From the NCBI GenBank assembly GCA_048938025.1, contig JBHLMP010000003.1:89354-115598 (forward strand): a stretch of DNA of 26,245 bases, given 5' to 3'. The stretch comes from Promethearchaeota archaeon. Its GTDB lineage: Archaea; Asgardarchaeota; Lokiarchaeia; Sigyniarchaeales; SOKP01. A program made the position numbers and the translations under genes. The notes below the pieces were generated by a model. That model was not told the origin of the DNA, did not search any database, and was given only the letters and a program-made list of their open reading frames with translations. This document shows, piece by piece, positions 1 to 9,128 of this stretch (position 1 is its first letter; the number at the start of each line of letters is the position of its first letter).

Positions 1-2346
1 AGTAAGTAATTCTTTGTTGTAAGAAGGCCATAAAGCTAAACTAATAAATCCTTTTTTACCAATGATTTCCCAGATTTCTTCAGTGATATGAGGAATAATT
101 GGATGGAGTATTAAAAGTAATTTTTCTCTACATTCTTCAAAAATTTCTTCAACCACACCTTCATTTTTATATTTATTAAATTCAGAAGCAAATTGTATTA
201 TATTGTTTACAGCGTCTCTAATTGATAATTTTTCAAAATTATTAGTAACTAGCTTAATCGTTTTGTTTAAAATATATTTTACAAGAGTATCTCGAATAGT
301 TATTTCTTTTCTTTTAATCTCAGGAGGATCAACTAGCATTGAAAAGGTGTTTTTTATGAATTTATTTGCAAACCCAACACCGTCATCTGACCATTCTAAG
401 CTAGATTCAGGACTTGCCCCGAATAAAATAAAAAACCTAGCAGCATCAGCTCCATATTCATCCATTATGCTTAGGGGATCAACTGTATTACCAAGTGATT
501 TACTCATTTTAACACTTTTTAGAACATATTCTGTTCCACATCGTTTACATTTCTTATCATGCACATCTGTCTTCATAGCAAAAGTATTACATTTAGGACA
601 ATAAGGATGAGCTTTATTGATCATTCCTTGAGTTAATAATCGTTGAAATGGCTCATCAAAAGAATGCAAACCTAAATCTCTTGCAACTTTAGTAAAGAAT
701 CTCGCATATAGTAAATGCATAATAGCATGTTCAATTCCACCTATATATTGATCTACATTACCCCAATAATCGACAATATCTTTTCTGTATGGTAATTCTT
801 TTGAAATTGGATCCATAAATCTGAAGAAATACCAAGCGCTATCTACAAATGTGTCCATTGTATCAGATTCACGCATACCCTGTTTCCCACAATTAGGGCA
901 TATAACTTTTATGAAATTTTCACTTGTTTGTAATGGGTTTCCTTTTCCAGTAAATTTTACATCTTTTGGTAATTCTACAGGTAAATCCTCATATGGTACA
1001 GGTATTATTCCACAATCGTCACAATATATTATAGGTATAGGACAGCCCCAATATCTCTGGCGAGAGATTAACCAGTCTCTTAATTTATAATTAATCGTCG
1101 CAAAGCCCATTCCAATTTGTTCCAACTTCTCTGTAATGGCATTCATAGCTGTTCGGTTTTCTATACCGTTAAATTCTTTAGAATTAACTAATATACCATC
1201 ACCTTCATAAGAACGTGTTATTTTATCTACATTTAACTCATAATCAAAAGGTTGAATTACTATTTTAATTGGAATATTGTATTCTTTAGCAAATTCAAAA
1301 TCACGCTGGTCATGGGCAGGGACAGCCATAACAGCCCCAGCACCATATTCATAAATGACAAAATTTCCTATATAAATGGGGATCTCTTCTTTTGTCATAG
1401 GGTTAATAGCGTATTTTCCGATGAACATTCCCTTTTTTATAACTTCAATATCTGTTCTTTCAAATTTATCTTGTATCATTACCTCATCATAGAATTTTAT
1501 GAAATCTTTCTCGTACTTTGTATTTTTTACCCAAGTTTTAACCCAAGGATGTTCAGGAGCGAAAACCATGAAAGTAGCACCAAACAATGTATCGGCTCTT
1601 GTTGTAAAGATATCTATGGTTCTATCTTCACCTACAATTGGAAATTTGATTATTGAACCTTCAGATTTTCCAATCCAATTTCTCTGCATTATTTTAACCT
1701 TTTCAGGCCAATCCACTTTGTTTAAACCATCTAATAACTCTTCTGCATAAGTTCTTATTCTTAAGAACCATTGGGTCAAAAATTTCTGTTCCACTTCAGA
1801 ATTACATCGCCAACATTGACCACTTTGAACTTGTTCATTTGCTAAGACAGTAGCACAACTAGGACACCAATTTACATAACTCTCTTGTCTATAGGCAAGG
1901 CTTCTTTCGAACATTTTTAGAAAAAACCATTGATCCCATTTGTAATAATATGGATCATGGCTATAAATCATCCTCGTCCAATCATAAGAAAGTCCTATTC
2001 TTTTCTGTTGTTCTTTCATTAATTTCATATTAGCATTAGTCCACTCTTCAGGATTCGCATTTTGGTCTATAGCAGCATTTTCTGCTGGAAGTCCAAATGA
2101 GTCATAACCCATTGGATAGAGAACATTATACCCACACATTCTTTTAAATCGTGCAAAAACATCTCCGATAGAGTAATTCCGGAGGTGTCCCATATGGAGT
2201 CCTTCTCCTGAAGGATAAGGATACATTTCCAGAACATAATATTTATTCTTCTTTTTTTTCAGATCCTCTTTTACTGTAAATATATTGCTAGCTTCCCATT
2301 TCTGCTGCCATTTTTTCTCGATTTTCTGTGGATCATAGCTTACCAT
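1..2346 (-). CDS. leuS: Leucyl-tRNA synthetase, bacterial type (partial; C-terminus runs off the left edge)
   Basis: Manual translation from ATG at 2346: MVSYDPQKIEKKWQQKWE...YYVLEMYPYPSGEGLHMGHLRNY (HIGH variant HMGH at 2185-2196), ZN1 VNWCPSCATVLANEQV, CP1 editing motifs FTTRADTLFGATF and GAGAVMAVPAHDQRDFEFA, RDWLISRQRYWGCPIP, DTMDTFVDSAWYF, YIGGIEHAIMHLLYARF, KMSKS at 496-510. These motifs lie in one frame, which reads through position 1 (consistent with its absence from the ORF track). Confidence 0.97.
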   Translation of the reverse strand, partial: MVSYDPQKIEKKWQQKWEASNIFTVKEDLKKKKNKYYVLEMYPYPSGEGLHMGHLRNYSIGDVFARFKRMCGYNVLYPMGYDSFGLPAENAAIDQNANPEEWTNANMKLMKEQQKRIGLSYDWTRMIYSHDPYYYKWDQWFFLKMFERSLAYRQESYVNWCPSCATVLANEQVQSGQCWRCNSEVEQKFLTQWFLRIRTYAEELLDGLNKVDWPEKVKIMQRNWIGKSEGSIIKFPIVGEDRTIDIFTTRADTLFGATFMVFAPEHPWVKTWVKNTKYEKDFIKFYDEVMIQDKFERTDIEVIKKGMFIGKYAINPMTKEEIPIYIGNFVIYEYGAGAVMAVPAHDQRDFEFAKEYNIPIKIVIQPFDYELNVDKITRSYEGDGILVNSKEFNGIENRTAMNAITEKLEQIGMGFATINYKLRDWLISRQRYWGCPIPIIYCDDCGIIPVPYEDLPVELPKDVKFTGKGNPLQTSENFIKVICPNCGKQGMRESDTMDTFVDSAWYFFRFMDPISKELPYRKDIVDYWGNVDQYIGGIEHAIMHLLYARFFTKVARDLGLHSFDEPFQRLLTQGMINKAHPYCPKCNTFAMKTDVHDKKCKRCGTEYVLKSVKMSKSLGNTVDPLSIMDEYGADAARFFILFGASPESSLEWSDDGVGFANKFIKNTFSMLVDPPEIKRKEITIRDTLVKYILNKTIKLVTNNFEKLSIRDAVNNIIQFASEFNKYKNEGVVEEIFEECREKLLLILHPIIPHITEEIWEIIGKKGFISLALWPSYNKELLT

Positions 2347-2480
2347 GATAACCAAACCTAATTTTTTCAATAAAGTTTACATAAATATAATCTTGAATAA
2401 TTTATTCAATAAATTTTTTATGAATAAGTTTAATTTTATTTGAAAAAAACTTAACTTGATAAAAAAATTAGGGAAAATTA
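2347..2480. promoter_or_regulatory. Divergent promoter region between leuS and the lipoate/F420 cluster, containing a 17-bp inverted repeat TTGAATAA-T-TTATTCAA (2393-2409)
   Basis: Very AT-rich gap between divergent start codons; perfect 8-bp arms read directly from the sequence. Regulatory role is inferred. Confidence 0.45.
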
Positions 2481-3482
2481 ATGGCAATAGATAAAATTAG
2501 GGTCTCGTTTGGGAGTGCATCAGTTTTAAGTTTGTTTCAAAATAAAAAATTCATAGATCCTCCAACAACATGTTATATTATGACTTATATAAAAGGGCAT
2601 TGTCTTGCAAATTGTGGGTTTTGTCCTCAAGCTCGTAGTTCAGATAGTTCAACAGAGAAGTTATCACGAGTAACTTGGCCAGTGTTTCCCTTTAATGATT
2701 TTTTAACAAAACTTAACTATATGCCTCCTCCTAAAAGATTTAAAAGAATTTGTATACAGACATTAAATTATCCGCAAAATTTTGAGGATTTAATAGAAAT
2801 TATTACTCAAGTTAAGAAAAATACCAATATACCTATATCTATCGCAATTCCACCAATGTCAACAGAAAAATTAAAAGATTTAAAATTCATTGGTGTGGAG
2901 AGAGTTGGGATTGCCTTAGATGGTGCAACTAAAGAAGTTTTTGAAATGATAAAAGGTGAGGGTGTGAAAGGACCTTATAATTGGGGTGAACACATTCAAA
3001 ATCTTAAAGAGGCATTAGAAATTTTTTCTGAAGGTTTTGTTACTACACATTTAATTGTAGGATTAGGAGAAACTCAAGAAGATATATTAAATCTAATTGA
3101 GGATTTATATAATTTAAAAATACAGGTGAGCTTATTCGCGTTTACTCCAATAAAAGGCACCAAACTCGAGAATCTAAATCAACCTGATCTTTCAAAATTC
3201 AGAAAAATACAACTTGGGAGATATCTTATTTTAAATGCTCAAAAGAATATAAAAGATTTTACTTTTAACCTGAAAGGAGATATAATAAGGTTTCATATAA
3301 ATAAATTAGAATTAAAAAACATAATCGCTGATAGTGATGCTTTTATGACTTCAGGATGCCCTGGTTGTAATCGTCCCTATTATACTTCAAAACCCTCTGG
3401 ACCAATATTTAATTATCCAAGAAAATTATCTACGAGTGAAAAAGAAGAAATTTATAATTTATTGCATAGATTTGTTAATTAG
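2481..3482 (+). CDS. lipS2: Radical SAM lipoyl synthase component LipS2 (TK2248-like)
   Basis: CxxxCxxC (CLANCGFC) plus C-terminal TSGCPGCNRP, matching the TxGCPxC(N/D)RP signature of archaeal LipS2; adjacent to a lipoate ligase and LipS1. Confidence 0.88.
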   Translation: MAIDKIRVSFGSASVLSLFQNKKFIDPPTTCYIMTYIKGHCLANCGFCPQARSSDSSTEKLSRVTWPVFPFNDFLTKLNYMPPPKRFKRICIQTLNYPQNFEDLIEIITQVKKNTNIPISIAIPPMSTEKLKDLKFIGVERVGIALDGATKEVFEMIKGEGVKGPYNWGEHIQNLKEALEIFSEGFVTTHLIVGLGETQEDILNLIEDLYNLKIQVSLFAFTPIKGTKLENLNQPDLSKFRKIQLGRYLILNAQKNIKDFTFNLKGDIIRFHINKLELKNIIADSDAFMTSGCPGCNRPYYTSKPSGPIFNYPRKLSTSEKEEIYNLLHRFVN

Positions 3483-3499
3483 GTACATTTTGAGAAACA

Positions 3500-4279
3500 A
3501 TGGATAAATGGAGACTTTTACGTTTTGAAACTAGGAATGGGTATTGGAATATGGCGTTAGATGAAGCCATTTTAAAATCAGTTATTGAAAAAAAGTCCCA
3601 AAATACTTTAAGATTTTACAAGTGGAATCCATCAACGGCTAGTATAGGAAGAAATCAGAGTTTATCAGCAGAAGTTGATTTGGAGTTTATAATAGAAAAA
3701 GGATTTAATGTAGTTAGAAGGATTACTGGAGGAGGGGCTGTATTTCATGATTCTGATGGAGAAATTACGTATTCAATTGTTTGTCCCATTAAATTTTTAA
3801 AGAATTTGAACGCAATAAATATTTTAGACCAATTTGAGATTATAACGCAAGGAATTATCGCAGGTTTAAGGGATTATGGATTAGAGCCAGCAAAAGGTAT
3901 TATTCATTGTCCTGCTATTTTTTTAGATGGAAAAAAATTTTCTGGGAACGCACAAGTAAGAAAAAAAGGATATATCCTTCAACATGGGACTATATTATTA
4001 GAAATTGATCCTAATTTAATGTATTCTGTGTTAAAAGTTCCTGAGTATGTTGATAAATCAAGGATGGTCAGATCTGTTCGAGCTAAATGTATAGGAATAA
4101 AGGATCAAATAAGAAATTATGATGAAAGACAGTTTTTAAACTCATTGAAATTTGGATTTGAAAAAATTTTAAAAATTAAATTAGAGGAGGGCTATTTTTC
4201 AGATTATGAGCTTAACTTAGCTGAAAACTTAGTTAATGAGAAATATTCAAATCTGAATTGGTTAAAGAAATATGAGTGA
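3500..4279 (+). CDS. Lipoate-protein ligase / octanoyltransferase (BPL_LplA_LipB family; catalytic domain only, LipM/Lpl-N-like)
   Basis: NMALDEA, TLRFYKW, SIGRNQ, VVRRITGGGAVFHD, catalytic Lys motif KKFSGNAQ, QHGTIL; 259 aa with no LplA C-terminal domain. Confidence 0.92.
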   Translation: MDKWRLLRFETRNGYWNMALDEAILKSVIEKKSQNTLRFYKWNPSTASIGRNQSLSAEVDLEFIIEKGFNVVRRITGGGAVFHDSDGEITYSIVCPIKFLKNLNAINILDQFEIITQGIIAGLRDYGLEPAKGIIHCPAIFLDGKKFSGNAQVRKKGYILQHGTILLEIDPNLMYSVLKVPEYVDKSRMVRSVRAKCIGIKDQIRNYDERQFLNSLKFGFEKILKIKLEEGYFSDYELNLAENLVNEKYSNLNWLKKYE

Positions 4280-5324
4280 AATTAAACAACTATTTGATAA
4301 AATAAAATCCGGAAATGTTAATTTGTCCGATTTTTCAGTATTTTTAAATTTAAACAAGGATGATATAGAACCATTTTTTAATATCGCTTATGAAATGACC
4401 AAACAGAATTTTAATAACACATTGAAGGTTTATAATCCAACCAATAAATTTCCAGCAATAAGTATTACTGGTAATAAGTGTGCACTTCACTGTGAACATT
4501 GTAATGAAAGATATTTGGAAGGAATGAAACCAATCTTGAATAATCTTGATTTGGAATTATTTTTAATGAAACATTATGAAAATGGTGGTGTTGGAGCCCT
4601 AATTTCTGGAGGATGTGAGCCAGATGGTTCAGTACCATTAATTCAATTTTTGGATACAATTAAAAAGGTTAAGGCTCAAACTAACCTAATAATAAACACT
4701 CATACTGGATTATTACATGAAGCTACTGCTCAGAAATTAGCTGAATCAGGTGTAGATATTGTTTCTTTTGATATTAATTTAGATGAGGAAATTATAAGAG
4801 AGATATACCATTTAGATAAAAATTTAATGGATTATAAAAAAGCAATAATTCTTTTAAAACGATATAATCTAAATATAGTTCCTCATATTTGTATCGGTTT
4901 ATATTACGGAAAGCTCCATAAAGAATTAGAATCAATTAAATTTATCTTGGATTCTGAGATTAATCCCTCATTAATAGTACTAATTGCATTAATCCCTCCA
5001 AAAAAATCTATTAAATTCAAAACCCCAATGGCACTTGATATCGCAAAAATAGTAGCAATAATTAGATTTCTTTTTCCTCATACAGAAATTTCTCTGGGAT
5101 GTATGCGTCCCAGAGGATCAATAAAAATAGAATTAGAAAAGTATGCTATTAAAGCAGGAATCACAAGAATTGAAATACCGTCAAAACAAACATTAAAATG
5201 GTTAAAGAAGGAAAATCCTCAAATAAAATTAAAATATTTTTCAGCTTGTTGTTCCATTCCAAAGAAATATGAAAATTTGGCTATGAGTAAATATTCAGAT
5301 ATTAAAAGATATTTAAATTTATAA
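4272..5324 (+). CDS. lipS1: Radical SAM lipoyl synthase component LipS1 (TK2109-like)
   Basis: ISITGNKCALHCEHC (CxxxCxxC), LISGGC, LGCMRP (GC(M/A)R) and C-terminal SACCS (CC) signatures of LipS1; overlaps the ligase gene by 8 nt. Confidence 0.88.
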   Translation: MSEIKQLFDKIKSGNVNLSDFSVFLNLNKDDIEPFFNIAYEMTKQNFNNTLKVYNPTNKFPAISITGNKCALHCEHCNERYLEGMKPILNNLDLELFLMKHYENGGVGALISGGCEPDGSVPLIQFLDTIKKVKAQTNLIINTHTGLLHEATAQKLAESGVDIVSFDINLDEEIIREIYHLDKNLMDYKKAIILLKRYNLNIVPHICIGLYYGKLHKELESIKFILDSEINPSLIVLIALIPPKKSIKFKTPMALDIAKIVAIIRFLFPHTEISLGCMRPRGSIKIELEKYAIKAGITRIEIPSKQTLKWLKKENPQIKLKYFSACCSIPKKYENLAMSKYSDIKRYLNL

Positions 5325-5339
5325 AAATTCCAACTTAAG

Positions 5340-6752
5340 TTGACTATTATGAATGAAATTCAAATCATAGGATTAAGAGAGATTCCATTAATTAAGAAGG
5401 GGGATGATATTGCTAAAATTATTCTCGAAGCCTTAAAGAAAAATAATCTAGAGCTTCTGAATGGTGATATATTCGTTATTGCTCAAACAATAATTACAAA
5501 GAGCAATGGAAGGATTAGAAATCTTAAGAAAGTAACACCAAGCTCGAGAGCTATTGAAATTCATCAAAAGCTTTTGTCAAAAGCAATTAATCTTGACCAT
5601 CCTGTAAAATCCCCTGAATTAATTCAATTAATACTGGAAGAATCAAATGAGATTTTAAAAATTGAGCATGTTTTAATTACAGAAACGAAACATGGATTTA
5701 TTTGTGCAAATGCTGGAATAGATAAATCTAATATTGAAGGGAAAGAGAATGTGGGATTATTACCTAATAATCCAGATGAAGATGCTAAAAAAATTAAAGT
5801 AAATCTTAAAAAATTTACAAATAAAGATGTTGCTATAATAATTTCTGATTCATTTGGGAGACCGTTTAGAGTTGGAGCAGTTGGAGTAGCTTTAGGTCTT
5901 TCTGGAATAAATCCAATATTAGATAAACGTGGAAAAAAGGATTTATTTGATTATGAACTTCAAAGTACTGTAATAGGACATGTTGATAGTCTTGCTTCTG
6001 CTGCACAATTAGTCATGGGTGAAACTGATGAAGGAATTCCTATAGTATTAATTAGAGGATATGATTTTGAGTTAAAAGAAAATGTGTCAATAAAAACCAT
6101 TTTAAGGGATAAAAATCTTGATGTATTTCGAGCAGGTAATAGTGAATATATTAAAAAAATTCTGAAAAACCGGAGGAGTTATAAGTTCGATTTTGATTCC
6201 AGAAAAGTTGATAAAAAAATTATTGAAGAATGTATTGAACTTGCCAGATGGGCACCAAGTGCTCATAATGGACAATATTGGCGTTATATAATATTAAATA
6301 AAGGAAATTTACGAAATAGATTAATTGATAAAATAAATGAAAAGTTGAGATTTGATTTAGAAAAAGATGGCAGAACAGAATCTTTTATTAGAAATAAGAT
6401 TAAAAAAACAAGAAATAATTTCTTAGAAGCGCCAATTTTAATTCTATTATGCTTAGATTCGAGAGATTTAGAAAAATATCCAGACGAAGAGCGATCTCAG
6501 AATGAATTTATTTTAGGAATCCAAAGTGTTAGTTGTTCAGCAATCTATTTACTAATTGCTTTTGAAGTAGAAAAATTAGCTGCTTGTTGGTATTGTGCTC
6601 CTTTATTCACTAAAGAAATTATAAAAGAGGTTTTAAAACTTCCTGAATCTTATATTCCAATGGCATTTTTTACTGTTGGATATCCTTTAAAGCCAATTAA
6701 GGCACCACCACGTAAAAACTTAAATGATATTATTTTTAAATTAAAAGCATAA
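5340..6752 (+). CDS. cofE: Coenzyme F420-0:gamma-glutamyl ligase (CofE) fused to a C-terminal nitroreductase domain (FbiB-like); start may be ATG at 5349
   Basis: N-terminal CofE motifs ICANAGIDKSN, IISDSFGRPFRVG, AAQLVMGETDEGIPIVLIRG; C-terminal FMN-nitroreductase motifs NRRSYK, ARWAPSAHNGQYWRY, ACWYCAPLF, VGYP. Confidence 0.93.
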   Translation: MTIMNEIQIIGLREIPLIKKGDDIAKIILEALKKNNLELLNGDIFVIAQTIITKSNGRIRNLKKVTPSSRAIEIHQKLLSKAINLDHPVKSPELIQLILEESNEILKIEHVLITETKHGFICANAGIDKSNIEGKENVGLLPNNPDEDAKKIKVNLKKFTNKDVAIIISDSFGRPFRVGAVGVALGLSGINPILDKRGKKDLFDYELQSTVIGHVDSLASAAQLVMGETDEGIPIVLIRGYDFELKENVSIKTILRDKNLDVFRAGNSEYIKKILKNRRSYKFDFDSRKVDKKIIEECIELARWAPSAHNGQYWRYIILNKGNLRNRLIDKINEKLRFDLEKDGRTESFIRNKIKKTRNNFLEAPILILLCLDSRDLEKYPDEERSQNEFILGIQSVSCSAIYLLIAFEVEKLAACWYCAPLFTKEIIKEVLKLPESYIPMAFFTVGYPLKPIKAPPRKNLNDIIFKLKA

Positions 6753-6765
6753 GCAAAAGGATAAT

Positions 6766-7695
6766 ATGTCAGAAGATTATTATGTTGTATTAGCTGGAGG
6801 AGTGGGAGCAGCAAAATTTATTGAAGGGTTAGTTAATGTTGTAAAACCAGAATTGCTCAAAATCATTGTCAATACTGGAGATGATATTGAATTGTTTGGT
6901 TTAAAAATCTGTCCAGACTTGGATATAATTACCTATACATTAGCTAATTTGATAGATAAAGAAAAAGGTTGGGGTTTTGTTGATGAAACATACAATTGCT
7001 TAAGAATATTGAAAACATATTATGAGACAGGCTGGTTTAATGCAGGTGACAAAGATTTAGCAACGCATATTTATCGCACTGATTTATTTACTCGAGGTTA
7101 TACTAAAGCTCAGATTACTGAAATGATTTGCAAGAGGTTAGGAGTGAAATCTCAACTAATTCCTATGTGTAATGAAACTGTAGAGACTTACATTGGTACT
7201 CATGATGGTGAGATTCATTTTGAAGAATATTACATAAAAGAACGCTGTGAACCAGAAGTTTTTGATGTAAAATTCAAGGGAATTGAAAATGCTAAACCAG
7301 TTGATGGTGTATTGGACTATATTAAAAATGCTAGGAAAATTTTGATTTGTCCGTCAAATCCAATTGTATCTATAGGGACAATACTTCAAGTTCCAAAATT
7401 AAAAGAAATGCTAATGAAAAAGAAAAGTAAAGTTTTTGCGATAAGTCCGATAATTGAAGGCGCTGCTGTTAAAGGACCAGCAGCCCCTTTAATGCAAGCA
7501 TTAGGTTTAGAAGTTTCTTGTGTTGGTGTTGCAACTTTTTATAAGGAATGTATAGAGCATTTCATAATTGACAACAAAGATTGTAAATTAAAACCAAGAA
7601 TTGAAGAATTGGGGATAAATACTTATTGTTATGATACTTTAATGATAAACTTAAAGAAAAAAAGAAATTTAGCTCAATTTATCATTAATTTATAA
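6766..7695 (+). CDS. cofD: 2-phospho-L-lactate/phosphoenolpyruvate transferase (CofD/FbiA)
   Basis: LAGGVGAAKF, IVNTGDD, ICPDLD, GDKDLATH, HFEEY, CPSNPIVSIGTIL, ISPII, KGPA motifs; adjacent to cofE. Confidence 0.95.
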   Translation: MSEDYYVVLAGGVGAAKFIEGLVNVVKPELLKIIVNTGDDIELFGLKICPDLDIITYTLANLIDKEKGWGFVDETYNCLRILKTYYETGWFNAGDKDLATHIYRTDLFTRGYTKAQITEMICKRLGVKSQLIPMCNETVETYIGTHDGEIHFEEYYIKERCEPEVFDVKFKGIENAKPVDGVLDYIKNARKILICPSNPIVSIGTILQVPKLKEMLMKKKSKVFAISPIIEGAAVKGPAAPLMQALGLEVSCVGVATFYKECIEHFIIDNKDCKLKPRIEELGINTYCYDTLMINLKKKRNLAQFIINL

Positions 7696-7706
7696 AATAA
7701 AGATAT

Positions 7707-9125
7707 TTAAGCTGTCTCTTCTACGATTTCTTCTACTTCTTCTTTTTTAACATAATCTCCTACAGATGCTAGAATCTCTTTTATACGCCCTTCTTGTTGC
7801 AGTCGAATTATCAAATTCCTGTGTTTAATGTAAGAAATTATCTGAGAAATTACAGGAAAAAGTAGCATTATCGGAAGTAATAAAATTATAATAGATTCTG
7901 GCGAATACATAGCAACACTTTCAGTTATAGCAGGAGGTAAATTAAAAACATTAAGTAAGAACCATCTAGGATGAATAATTATATAACTTATAAAAATTAA
8001 TAAAATAACGCGATAACTAAAATTAATCACTGTTGAATATGCTAAATTTCCTATACGTGGTGCAGAAGAACTTGCCGTTAATGTATTTTGTGCTTCAGGA
8101 TCTTCTTGAAAAAGACGATCTATATATCTACCAAGCCTTCTTGTTTTAGATGCGGCTGTTACCAATTTTTTTTCTTCTTCTTCCAACCTCCTCCTTTCTA
8201 TCATTTCTTTTACAAATGAAAATCGTTTACTTGTTCTTGCGAAAAATTTTCCTACTGATATTCCTTCTTTTTGTCCAGTTTCGATTTCTTCTCTTCTTTT
8301 TTTAGCTTCTTCCCTGATTTTATCTACATTTGCTGTAATATAAGTTGATTCTCTTCTTAATATATTTAGTTGGGCTTCTAATCTATCACTTCTTTGTAAT
8401 GAAGGTTTAGTAACAGTTTCTGCATAATTTGCCTGAAATGAGAGTTCTAAATATATGTAAGCTATAATCCCAAACACAGTAACTGGACTTGCCATGAATG
8501 CAGCAAAATCGTCAATTGGTATAGTATTTAATGTATCATCAATTGGGTTTGCTAAATTTTCAAAGAAAGGGAGTGTTTCCAATCCTAACAACTTCATCAT
8601 ATCATTAAACTCAAACACCATAAATGGAATAACAATCATAAGGACTATTGAGCCGATAGTATAAAGTGTGTATTTTGGATCACTTTTAAAAAAGGATCTT
8701 ATAGCATATATTATTGCTATTGCGAATAAAATTTGGAAAGAAAATAAATAGACATTATTTAATAATCCAGCAATTTCATCCCCTATAAGATCAGGGATTT
8801 GATCAATATCAGGACTAATACCGCCTGGAAATCTAAACCACAAACCTAAATAATTTTGAAAAAAGGTACTAATAAAATCGAATAAATATCTATTTGAACC
8901 AGCTGTTACAAAAGCGCAAAAAATAGCAATCAAAAAAGCAACCGCATAAAAAAGATATGTAAAAACATCAACTAATGAACCAATAACAGCAAAAAAAACG
9001 AAGTCTCCATCGTTATTATATACAACTACATCAAAATGGAATATTGATATCACAAATATAGTTAACATCCATGAGAGAACTAATGCACCTATGACTTTTA
9101 ATATTAATATATAATATCTTGACAT
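7707..9125 (-). CDS. Uncharacterised multi-pass membrane protein with a central charged/coiled-coil region
   Basis: 472-aa ORF with about five N-terminal hydrophobic helices, an E/K/R-rich stretch, then two more hydrophobic helices; ATG 3 nt after the DUF58 stop, so apparently the last gene of the MoxR locus. Confidence 0.8.
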   Translation of the reverse strand: MSRYYILILKVIGALVLSWMLTIFVISIFHFDVVVYNNDGDFVFFAVIGSLVDVFTYLFYAVAFLIAIFCAFVTAGSNRYLFDFISTFFQNYLGLWFRFPGGISPDIDQIPDLIGDEIAGLLNNVYLFSFQILFAIAIIYAIRSFFKSDPKYTLYTIGSIVLMIVIPFMVFEFNDMMKLLGLETLPFFENLANPIDDTLNTIPIDDFAAFMASPVTVFGIIAYIYLELSFQANYAETVTKPSLQRSDRLEAQLNILRRESTYITANVDKIREEAKKRREEIETGQKEGISVGKFFARTSKRFSFVKEMIERRRLEEEEKKLVTAASKTRRLGRYIDRLFQEDPEAQNTLTASSSAPRIGNLAYSTVINFSYRVILLIFISYIIIHPRWFLLNVFNLPPAITESVAMYSPESIIILLLPIMLLFPVISQIISYIKHRNLIIRLQQEGRIKEILASVGDYVKKEEVEEIVEETA

Positions 9126-9128
9126 CTT

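Noticed and set aside
203-1750. Four plus-strand ORFs in the track (203..604, 851..1090, 1252..1656, 1499..1750)
   Set aside because: Antisense shadows of the minus-strand leuS gene; no recognisable motifs.
2481-5324. Biotin synthase (BioB) or classical LipA assignment for the radical SAM genes
   Set aside because: They lack the LipA CxxxxCxxxxxC motif and carry LipS1/LipS2-specific motifs next to a lipoate ligase.
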